64,000 bases of DNA from Oedothorax gibbosus (Eukaryota): positions 14,929,400 through 14,993,399 of the forward strand of contig CM033278.1 in assembly GCA_019343175.1 (NCBI GenBank), given 5' to 3'. The notes beneath the pieces are model-generated. The model was not told the origin of the DNA, made no database searches, and saw only the letters and a program-made list of their open reading frames with translations. Position numbers and translations under genes: made by a program. How positions within the stretch are numbered: position 1 is the stretch's first letter; every line of letters starts with the position of its first letter. Positions 1 through 10,400 of this stretch are shown here, piece after piece.

Positions 1-470
1 TAATTCCTCTTCAGAAAAGTTCCTCAAAATCTAAAATCAAATAACACACAAAGAAAAAAATCAATACCTACAGACTCTTTTATAAGTAATACCTTTTCAT
101 GTAATGTAGAGAAATTTAAAACATTTTATCGTGTTTTAATTGAGGTTTTGAATTGCAAAGACGTTTTTATAAGTGTGATAAAAAATAACTGAGAGTTTAA
201 TTTTTTCCTAGGAGACATCATCGTAACAGTTTTATTATCATCATTATTATATTGTCAAAAGGACACTCAATTAGTTAGATTTAGGTCTATTGTCTACATC
301 AACAAAATCATGGACAATGGACATTTTTATCAAAGCATATTGAGGTTTTTCATTTTAGTGTTAGACTAACTACATACAAAATTTAGGAAGTTAAACTCTT
401 TACTTTAGGTAAAAAATTTAATTTACTAGATTAAATATTATAATATAAAGGATGCACATTGGCGGATCCA

Positions 471-518
471 GGGGGGGGGGGGGGCAAAGGGGCATGTGGC
501 GGCCCCCCCCCCCCCCCC
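471..518. repeat. Inverted homopolymer pair: G14 (471-484), 18-bp GC-rich core caaaggggcatgtggcgg, C16 (503-518); GGATCC immediately upstream
   Basis: Read directly. Can fold as a G:C-clamped hairpin. Very unusual in an AT-rich region. Confidence 0.8.
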
Positions 519-680
519 AGAAAATGTCAAGTTACACTAGATATTATTGAATTTTCTAATCAAATAGTAGGTCGCACCTCCTTCCCCCTCTTTTTACTGT
601 TTTTGTCTGAATGCTTAATTTAATTAAGGTATAATTAGTTCTGTTTTCATTAAATTTTAATTGCTGTTTAATATTTAAAC

Positions 681-860
<180 letters not shown>

Positions 861-987
861 AAATCATTAGATAAAATTAAATGCATAATTAAGCAAAACC
901 AAAGTATTTCAGTTTTTCTGGATAAAAAATCATTGTTGAATTTAACATTATGTTGCTTAGTTTAGAACTTTTCGATTTTATATTTCC

Positions 988-1205
988 TTACAAATAACAA
1001 ATGGAGTAAATTACTTCTCGTAAATTTGATTTTCTTCTCTCAGACAACGAATCGTCATAGTTCACTGTAGTTGAGTGCGATGATGAAGGTTCATTTTCAA
1101 ATTTAGACAATGTTTGAGGTTTGAAGGTGGAATTTTTTGGATTGTTGGTGTAGCCACCAGAGCTACTTAAAATAGATGAAGCCAAAGAGCTGTTGGAGTT
1201 CTCAT
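988..1205 (-). CDS. Candidate 3' exon of the Ser-rich zinc-finger gene (…SSLASSILSSSGGYTNNPKNSTFKPQTLSKFENEPSSSHSTTVNYDDSLSERRKSNLRE…), stop at 988
   Basis: Acceptor tctatcatag| at 1206-1207. Phase-1 entry matches the phase-1 exit of the zinc-finger exon at 2693. Ser-rich composition resembles the main exon. Track ORF 988..1185 shares the frame. Linkage is not proven. Confidence 0.25.
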
Positions 1206-1245
1206 CTATGATAGAAATAATTTATTAACTATTATTAAAAAAAAT

Positions 1246-1494
1246 ATTTTGAAAAGCTTAGTGGAAGAACATGCTAAATGACAAAAAGGTGAAAACGAGA
1301 AAGTGAGCTGAATGAAGTTTTTCATTTGCTTTAAATCCATTAAAATCGGTGCTCACAAACAGTGAAAAATATATTTAATGTAAAGTTTATACGAACAGGG
1401 AAACTTGTTATCTTCAAAAGAGGGAATAAACTGTCCAATGACACAAAAATCCCAATTTTTTCAAAAATGTCACTTAGCACATTCTTCCACTAAG
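1246..1494. mobile_element. ~250-bp MITE, copy 1, with ~27-bp TIR GCTTAGTGGAAGAACRTGCTAAGTGAC
   Basis: Terminal inverted repeats read at both ends. A second copy lies at 10984-11197 in the same orientation with ~85-90% identity. Confidence 0.55.
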
Positions 1495-1645
1495 CTCTTC
1501 AATTAATATTAATCATTATACAGTTATAACAAATAAAGCTGGTGTACCAATAAGTAAAATTTATTGCTAAAAAAATTCTAACCAAATGTTAATTAAATCA
1601 ATTACAATTGTAAAAAATGAAAACAATAATATTAATAAACTAAAT

Positions 1646-1836
1646 ATAGTTAAACTCATAGTTTCCTTGCACAGAAGCCACGACCATGGGCGGAGCTATA
1701 AAACGCGTGGAGCAATCAGATAAAGACAAAATAAAACAGATGAAATTTTCTCTTCATCTGATTGCTTTGCGCGTTTTATCCCAATCCCCGCCCATGGTCG
1801 TGGATTCTGTGCAAGGAAACTGTGAGTTTAACTATA
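1646..1836. mobile_element. Hairpin MITE: ~76-bp inverted arms (1646-1721 and 1756-1836) around a 34-bp loop; termini TATAG…CTATA
   Basis: The reverse complement of the right arm matches the left arm with few mismatches. Arms contain GACCATGGGCGG / CCGCCCATGGTC. Confidence 0.55.
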
Positions 1837-2094
1837 GCTTAAAGAAGAGTTAAGAAATCTTATTGTAACAATAAAAAGGGACAAAACAGTGCAAGAATAC
1901 CATACACTATTCATTTTCACTCAAATTAATATATGTTTATTTATAATGTATAACATCAGGGTATAAAATTAACTGTCGACAGTCGCAAAATGCGACAAAC
2001 TCTTTTAATTTTGCAATGACAAAATATATTTAGTTTTTCAAAAAATAGATCAATTGTAACATTTTTTTAATTGGTTTCCAATGATCTTGCCAAA

Positions 2095-2470
2095 AATAAT
2101 CAACTTGAAATCACAATTCTTCAGTGATCCTAAATTTGTCAAACAATTGCTGTGGCCACAAAATCGCAAAATTTTGTCAGTTCTAAAATTGCACAACTCT
2201 GGTGATTTATAAATAATTGCAAAACTTCAGGGAACTGTGCAAAACTCCAACATTGTGGCGATTGTCAAATTTAAAAACTCTTGTTATCCAAAAACTTTAA
2301 GAACTTATATGACTGTAAAATCCTGAAACTCCGGCTATCTACAAATTATGATTAAAAAAATTTGAAAGTCCAGTTATCTTAAAATTGCAAAACTCAAGTG
2401 ATTTTAAAATCACAAAACATGAATTCTACAAATATGCAACTCTGATTACCTTAAAATCGCCCAGTTGAGC
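2095..2470. repeat. Degenerate ~25-bp tandem satellite (~14 units, consensus TAAAATYGCAAAACTCNRGTGATTT), AT-rich variant
   Basis: Periodic units read directly. It follows an hAT-like terminus CAGGGTATAAAATTAACTGTCGACAGTCGCAAAATGCGAC at 1954-1993. The unit core (C/G)AAACTC…GAT is shared with the GC-rich 25-bp array at 15530-15990. Confidence 0.5.
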
Positions 2471-2692
2471 ACTGTAGACTCCAAAGTTTATGAAGAATTT
2501 TTTTAAAAAGTATTTTTAAATAATTTAAAAAAATGCTCCTTTTATTATGAATTTGCTATTTTTTTTTATGTTAGTAGAACATATTGCTCCTTAATTTCTT
2601 TATCCAATTTCTAATGCTGCACCACACTACTAGCAACCAATTTGGTTAACATACATATAGCAAAAAGGAATTCAAATAAAATGTTAGTAAAC

Positions 2693-2833
2693 CTTGTGTG
2701 CTGACATCTTCTCCTTCAGGCATTCTTCCATGAGTTGGATTCAATCGATAGTGGCGAGACAAACCTCCACGTCCAATGTAAGCTTTATTACAAGAATGAC
2801 AATTATAGCTCCTGTGTTTTGAAGTTGTAACTC
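2693..2833 (-). CDS. Zinc-finger exon: GVTTSKHRSYNCHSCNKAYIGRGGLSRHYRLNPTHGRMPEGEDVSTQ (CX2C-X12-H-X6-H, C2H2-like)
   Basis: Acceptor tttattttag| at 2834-2835 and donor G|GTTTAC at 2691-2692. Phase-1 entry matches the phase-1 exit of the upstream exon at 3564. Frame agrees with track ORF 2646..2846. Confidence 0.45.
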
Positions 2834-3563
2834 CTAAAATAAACATCAGGCTCCAGTATATTTTTCTAAAACACAGCAGTATTAAGTTTAAAAATTAAGG
2901 CAGATAGGTACTATATAAAAATGTATGCGTATATGGCCCTCTGTAAGGCTCAGGTTTTACAGAAGCCATTTTCTGACATTGTGTTATGTATGCTCAACAT
3001 TGCAATTTTCGTTTGAATCGTTTTTATTTTGCCTTTACAGGAACCCTCGGAACCCCGAAATCTCCAATTTAGCGTTCCACTTTAACAAATGGAGAAACAA
3101 GACTTATGTAAACTGCTAAATTAGGTGCAAGAGGAAAACAATATATAGTTGGCAAAATAAAATATTTTAAATATACTGACAGACTTACAGAAATTTGATT
3201 ATTTGTAAATCTTTGTCCTTCCATAACTTAGCCACAGACATATCTACGGACATTTTGTTAGGGCTGATTTTCGGATGTCCAGAATTATGCGTTAGATGGA
3301 AATTAATCTGCTTTTAAATTTATACCTTTGACAGAAACACACAAATGCTAAAAACCTAAATGATTTAACAAGAAATGTTTAAAAACCTTTGCTTTAATTC
3401 GAGCAGTCTTATATTGATATTTATATGAAGCTGATAAGAAGAATCAAGACTTTCAAGAGGTATGAGTTTTTTAGATTCAGCTTAGCTAGAAACCTCAGAT
3501 AATCTTATTTAATAAGTACTTGAACTTTTAAAATGCAAAAATATTCTAAGAAACAATATTACC

Positions 3564-4847
3564 TGGTGTAAGACTACTTGTCTTATTTCCTGATCTCCCT
3601 CCCTCCTCATCACTAACTTGATAATCCGAATAACCTCCATCCGAGTCATTCAAGGGCTCCTCATCAAAATCCAAATGATGGATGCGCTTGTAGTCTTTTA
3701 CCATGTACGATGGTGGCTTTGAAATCCTGCCTGACCTTGTCCTAGGCCTGTGCTTCTTCTTCTCGTCCCTCTCTTCTTTGGATAGGTTTGCCAGTCTCTC
3801 ATCCTCATCTCTTCTTCGCCCTAATGATCTTTTGCCACGGCCCCTGCCCCGAGGAGAGATATCTTGATGTGGCAGTGCAGCTCGGCTGTTGTCTCTTGGA
3901 GGACTTTTGTCCGTTTTCTGGATTTCATTCGGATGCACCACACGGCATACGATACGCGTGTTGGTGGCTGGGTCGTATAGGATTGACTTTCCTCCGTTTT
4001 GGACTTTCTGTGCCTGCTGCCGTTGCAGGACATGAGAGATCTGCTGCAATTGTGCCTGGGTAAGTAGTTGGGTGGAGTGGTAGGAGTTGCCATTTTGGAT
4101 AATTTGGATGGGGTTGCCGACGGAGCCCACTGGAGCGCTAGTTTGCTTCGCGGGGAGTTTGAGTTGTGAGATGTCAAAGCCAGCAGATGAGGTTGTTAAA
4201 GTATGAGGTGATGAATCTTTTAATTTGAATATGTATTGCTGATTTAGAGAGCTTAGGCTGACCGATACCACTGGTTTCTCTAAGGAAGTTACTGGATTTT
4301 CAGATATCACAAGCGCATTGCTGTCAAGGGCAGTTTCATCCAAAACGTCAATGGTATCACTGACTTCTGTGGATAACAAATCATTGCTTTTGTCTATGAC
4401 ATAAGTATCTGCAGAAAATTCAGGTCTGGATAACTGATGAACGTTAGGAGATATAATATACTTTTCTGAATCAAATTGTGTGTTACCCTTGTTTCCATGG
4501 ATTGAAGTTTCTAGATCGTCCTCAATTTCTTGTGAGCTCATTTCAACTATATCAGATGACATATCAGGCGATTGCGTTGTGTGTATATACGAATGATCTG
4601 TGAGATGTTGAATATTTTCTTGAAAAACTTTGCTACGCGTTTGTGACAATGTACTCGAGTCGTACGTATCAGCTTCATCTAGGGCTTGCTGCAAAATATC
4701 TGAAGAGGAAATGTCTTTGTCCAACTGATCGCTTGACTGAATGTGAGAAACTAAATCAGCAGGGGGAACGTGTGTGACAACCATGAGTGTTTGTTGTGAT
4801 GAGAGCTCATCCGCCATTGATGCAATCATGTTACTGTTGGATGACAT
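3564..4847 (-). CDS. Main coding exon (428 codons) of a Ser/Asp/Glu-rich protein with an Arg/Lys-rich tail (…RGRGRGKRSLGRRRDEDERLANLSKEERDEKKKHRPRTRSGR…)
   Basis: Track ORF 3546..4919. The first ORF ATG at 4919 lies in AT-rich leader-like sequence, so I prefer the second ATG at 4847 (aaaATGt). Ends at donor CCAG|GTAATA at 3563/3562. Track ORFs 3788..4063(+) and 3821..4177(-) overlap it and are rejected. No confident homologue was recognised. Confidence 0.55.
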
Positions 4848-5032
4848 TTTATTTTTTAATTTAAAAATTTGATTGCAATATGATGTATGATGCTCAAATT
4901 GATCAAATACATGACTCAAACATCATGAAAAAATTCGACTTAAAATATTGCATTATATATCTACATTTTTTATGTTTTTTGTTATCAAAATTTTGTAAAT
5001 AAACACTAACTTGCATTCACTTCAGTTACTAA

Positions 5033-6153
5033 CCCTCATATTCAGTGTTTCCACTCCAAAAAATTAAAAATCCCTTCCAAGGAACCAAAAAATCCCTTTT
5101 TATCCCTCAGCCGCCAACTTTGCAACCTTTTGCCTTGTATTTGTATTCTTCTTTTGAATTCTTTAGGCTATGTCCTCACTAAAACTTGGCGACCGCCAAG
5201 GGCGCCAAGCGATGCAATAGCTTGGGGGCTGACTCTGCCAAGTCGCCAAGTTTTGTTGCATTGTTGCCTTTGTGGCGTAGTCAGGACATAGCCTTACGCC
5301 AATGCGAATATTTCTTATGATGTCACGCTCTCCATACTGCGATTTCAGTGGTTGTTTTGTTTTCTATGACAAAGTGTTAAAACATAAGCCCATACATTAA
5401 CCATAATTCCTATGAATTGATTGACAAAGATGTAAACAAGGGCTGCTATGACAAAAAAAAAACTCGCCACAAAATGGGCTAGTAGTGGCGGTGTGGCAAT
5501 GCAGTACGCACTCGTTTTGGGTTTTGTTTTCTTTAAAAAAAACACCAGTATTCAACATTGGGCAGAATCGTAAGACCCATTGAAGGCCTAAACCCCTAAA
5601 CACTTGTTTGGAACGCAGGCAATTTGTTTAGATATGGACATTTTTTTTTAGTTAGTTTTTTAAATCGAAACACGCTCAGGGCAATTTTGAAAACGAGAAA
5701 GAAAAAATTCTTAATTCCAATGCGCATCCTCCATAATAATAATGTTCAATAGCAAAACCTACTAGTAACAAACAAACTCTACGAAATGACGAAAAAATAA
5801 CATACCAAAAAAATTCCACACGTAACACCAACGTCACCTACCAACACTGCATTTCGCCAGAAAATGCCATATAACCACAAAAAGTATTTATCGCCCTCTA
5901 GAAATCCGCCAAATCTTGGGCGACAGAAACACCGATGGATTAGAGCATACATTACAAGCATTACATACTTTGCATCTAGCACTTCTTTAGTTTTGTTCAA
6001 AAACTAACCATTTTTGAACAAAGTGGCATTTTAAAAAAAATATCCCTAGTTTTGACTCATTTTTCTCTTTCAAACCTGATTTATCCCTTAATGTCCCTCA
6101 AGAGGTTAAAATATCCCTTAAAAGGGATAAAATCCCTTAAAGTGGAAACACTG
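5033..6153. mobile_element. hAT-superfamily non-autonomous element (1121 bp): TIR CAGTGTTTCCACT…AGTGGAAACACTG with perfect 8-bp TSD CTCATATT (5025-5032 and 6154-6161)
   Basis: TIRs and identical 8-bp flanking duplications were read directly. An 8-bp TSD is the hAT hallmark. Contains a nested ~130-bp hairpin (5164-5296, arms AGGCTATGTCCTCACTAAAACTTGGCGAC) and ATCCCTT sub-repeats. Track ORFs 5345..5545, 5397..5603 and 5779..6000 fall inside and are rejected. Confidence 0.75.
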
Positions 6154-6536
6154 CTCATATTAAAAAAAAGGTTGTTTAAATACGCCGCACTACAGCAGCA
6201 TTTCAAATAAACAAAACCTTAAAACCCCGAACGAACTCAAGTTTGCTTGAATTAACGTTGATCCAAAACTATATGGATTTAATGGCGATAAGCCCCGTAT
6301 CTTTGAACAGCGGTCAAGTGATAAGGCCAACACCTGAGCTGAAACGAAACTCGAACATCTAGTGACATCGTACGCTGCGTCAGACTTTGAATCATGGCTA
6401 TGTGCAGCATTCTTGTATTGAAAAATGATGCACCCAAAGAGTTGTAAATTTGAGGTTTTTTGAAAAAACTAAGCTTTTTCAGCAGCTAATATATTGCACA
6501 TTTCAGATTAAAACAAGTTAAAATGGTCTATTGTCT

Positions 6537-6912
6537 ATTTTGATGTCTTTCAACAGTGTTGCCAACAGTTTTAGGAGAAAAACACTACGAAAAAATATCA
6601 TTTAATTCAAAAATCATACCATAAAAATACTAGAAAAGCGTTTCACGTTTTTTTAAAGTCACTAAAAAGATTCCAAAATGCAGTTAGTATTTTAACGATA
6701 TTTTTTTGTAATTTTAGAATTATTCTAAAATTACAAAAAAATATTGTAAAAATACTTAGCTGTATTTTGGAATCTTTTTAGTGACTTTAGAAAAACGTGA
6801 AACGCTTTGCTAGTATTTTTATGGTGTTTTTGTAATTTTAGAATTAAATGGTATTTTTTGGTAGTTTTTCCCCTGAAACTGGTGGCAACACTGTTGAAAG
6901 ACAACATAGACA
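6537..6912. mobile_element. Large near-perfect palindrome (~185-bp arms, centre 6720/6721): hairpin MITE or foldback element
   Basis: The left arm is the reverse complement of the right arm with small indels. Outer ends are GTCTTTCAACAGTGTTGCCAACAG / CTGGTGGCAACACTGTTGAAAGAC. Track ORF 6731..6913 is inside it. Confidence 0.6.
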
Positions 6913-7360
6913 TGAAAACAAAACCGCAGAGCTATTGCCAGATCCTCCGTGAAACAACCCCATAGAAATATGAATTATTTTTTAAAAATGATTAATATTA
7001 ACTTGAATTCCTAAATTCTATCAACTTGAACTTAATTTACTAAAAATTTTATGATTTTTAAGATAATACTGATCTGGGACACAAAAGTTAACATTTTAAG
7101 AATATCCTCCATATGTACTTTTATCATACTAAATATGTTTTAAGAAACCGTTACAATATTATGTTTCATATGTAAAGCTTTTGCAATCTACAAAATCCAG
7201 ACCCCATTATAAACCTTCAAGAGATATTCTTACCTATAATTTAAATTACTTATGACCCCCCAAAAAGCCCATTATAACATAATTGTAGCTTCTATATTAC
7301 AAAATTAACAGCTAATGAGATGGGAAAAAAAACAAGACACCAAATAGTCATTTTTTACAT

Positions 7361-7370
7361 TTATTTATTA
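7361..7370 (-). terminator. Candidate polyadenylation signal (AATAAATAAA on minus) ~25 nt downstream of the RPL23A stop
   Basis: Plus strand reads TTTATTTATT. Position is appropriate after the stop at 7391. Confidence 0.4.
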
Positions 7371-7390
7371 ATCAAACACAGGCAGTCCAT

Positions 7391-7405
7391 TTATATAATT
7401 CCAAT
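7391..7405 (-). CDS. RPL23A: RPL23A terminal micro-exon (IGII + TAA)
   Basis: Acceptor tttttttttcag| at 7406-7407, then ATTGGAATTATATAA. IGII is the conserved L23a C-terminus. Confidence 0.75.
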   Translation of the reverse strand: MGII

Positions 7406-10400
7406 CTGAAAAAAAAGAACATTCCTTTAGAAAAAAACCTATTCAATTCATAAGTTTTTAAACATTCTTTAATTAAGAAATGAATATATTACATCCAACT
7501 TTATTAAAATGAAGCAACAACCATTATATCATGTACAATAACAAGCCACAATGCTTAACTTATACTAAAAACTTAACTACTATCTCTCTAAAATGGCAAA
7601 CATCTTATGTTTGATCAACATTTATGTTGTCAAACATTTGTTTGCTAAGTGATAGTAGCAATAAACAATTAGGCAGGGTTTGATAATAAATATAGACATT
7701 GCGTGCACACATAAAATATTTTACTTCTGCGGAAAATTTTAGGTCATAAAAAATCAACATCTGTTTCTATATTTAAAAAAAAAATACAATTTCTGCATAA
7801 AATATTCAAAAATATCCAGGGAAAGTTGACGACCATTATTGAGCCAGAGTCAAGGCTTGAATAGTTGTAGTGATGGGTTATTCTAGGACAAGGCAAACGG
7901 TTCGAATTCCAGTTATCAAATTGTCGTTGTTTATAATAGATTTTTTAAAGTTTATTTTCCAGTCATTAATGATGAGTAACAATACTAAATATCATAGTTG
8001 GGTTCTGAAAGTGACATGCCGTTTTTGTGGAGATGTGCTCTTCGAAAACAAAACTATACTATGCATCTTAAGCAAAAGCATAAGGAACATACTTGCCAAC
8101 ATAAGATTTTGAAAACCTTACAATTTTAATTATGGGGTCCAAAAGAGCGGTGCGGGGTTGCAAGGCCAGGGGAAGCCCCCCTTAGAGCCAGAGCATTTTG
8201 ATATTTATAACATACTTCGTTACAATTTTAGCATGATATTTCAGCCTGTTTGTAAAACATGCATCTTTTAAACTTTGATTAATGATAAGAAACAAAATCA
8301 CCTAATATAATGTATATATTAAATGACATAACATATATTCCACAATTTTTTTTTAAAAACTCACGATTTGTATGCATATTGAATATTTTAGTTTTTTTTT
8401 TTAGTTTTTTAAGAAATGTAAGTGACCAACAAGGACATCTACTTTTTTTTTATCAATTTTTAATTTTTTTAAATTAAAAAAAACTTACCATACACGTTGG
8501 CAAGTATGCAAAGGGCAACATGCGGGTGATAAAAGATCTCAAAGGCAACAATCAACAAACCCAGCTTATAAAAATATTTCCTTTTATGGATAGATAAACT
8601 ATTGTATGACAATAACTTAACACTAATTTTTTTGGCTATTTGTAGTACTAATGCCCACTTTTTTTTACCTAATACTTAATAAAAATGATATACAATGAGG
8701 AACAATTTAATATGCTACATTTTTAGAGAAACCCTCCATTTCTGCTAAGATACCTCACACATTTTTGATATAAAATATTACTTTAAAAAGAATTCATCAT
8801 AGTTGAGAATTGTAGATAAAGAAATAAAATTATCATTACCTTGTTAGCCACATCTAAAGCATCATAATCAGGGGCTAATCTGACATATGCCTTCTTCTGG
8901 CCATCAGGTCTAAAAAAAAAAACAATTTAAAATTAAACCATTAGCTATGATAAGAAAGACATACCTCAACCCTTTGAGTGTTATACCAGAATTTTGCCGA
9001 CCGTTTTCTATACACCTATATGTTCCAAAGTATACTTTTCTCCTTTGAAAGTGATTTTTAAATATATATTTTCTTTAATAGATACAGAGTAACAAAAATA
9101 CTGGGTAGTTCAGAAGGCTAAATCCTCACATCAATTTTACCTGGTGAAAGTTATTGAAATTAAAATCCTCAAGCAAAAAGAGAAGAAGATTAGAAACAAA
9201 TGGCAAGGGACTCTTGATGCCATTCACAGTACAATTAAGAAGATCTTGCTTGGTTAGAGGCAGTTGTCATACAGCCTTAAAACTGTTTAAGTTGTTGATC
9301 ACAGAAGAAATAGCATTTTCGACAAGTGACTAAGTTTATTTTGAAGTCAACAATGTATTAGTTTTAGTAGCATTTTGCGGCCGTTGATTTCGAACCCTGT
9401 GATTGACAAATAACTTTGCCTATTCAGGGTGGTAACAAAATCCTAGAAAAAAAGTTCCCTGATTTCCCTGATACTTTCACAAAAAATTCCCTGATTTTAC
9501 CTATTACTAATTACCTAGAAAACACACAATTCAATGCAGTACAGAAAATTTAATCCAGACATCGCAGAACTTAAGATTTTCTGGATTATGGGTTAACCTA
9601 CCTAACTTTTCTGAATATCTGAATAGAGAGAAAATCTGAATGTTTTTAGAGGAACCACGTCATCAGAGAATCATGTTATAACATGATTCATGAGAGATAC
9701 TCATCCGTCCTCCAAGATTGGTCCTTTAGGCAAATCGGACCAACCAGAATATTTTCTTTTGATCAAGTGTCCGTTAGTAGTGATCACAAGTACAACCTAA
9801 ACCTGCTGTTTAAGTAATCCAAAATGGAAAAAATTCCCTGATATTTTGCGAAATTTGAAAAATTCCATGAGAATTCACTGACATTTCCAGAATTAAAAAG
9901 TTCCCTGAGAATTCCCTGATTTCCAGGTTCTGTTACCACCCTGCTATTTATTGAAAAAATGAGCTTCATTCAGTGACAATGATGTTTATTGTTATCTAAG
10001 ATTAAATTACCTGGAAAATCAACTCGGATATTTAAGGCTAGAGGCTTGCACCCATAACATACACAAAGCAACATTTGAAAAAATAAATAGTTAGGAAATT
10101 GAGAACCTAAGAAATGGGATTCATTAAAGAGACATGAATTTCCAAAACGAAACCAACTCTCCCAATGTTAAGCTACAGAAATATTGAATAAGTTTTTATG
10201 CATCCATAATTTTCACTTATTGTTTCCAGATGCCTGTCTCTAAGTTCACTAGAACGTTTTTTATAAGCTAACAAGCAAAACAATACTTTACAGGGGATTA
10301 AAATAATTGTTAAAAGCAATATCAAGGATTTTTCTACACACAAAGGTATGGCTTACCAATACCCAAGCATACTAACAATTTCGGAAGTAATAGGTACAAA

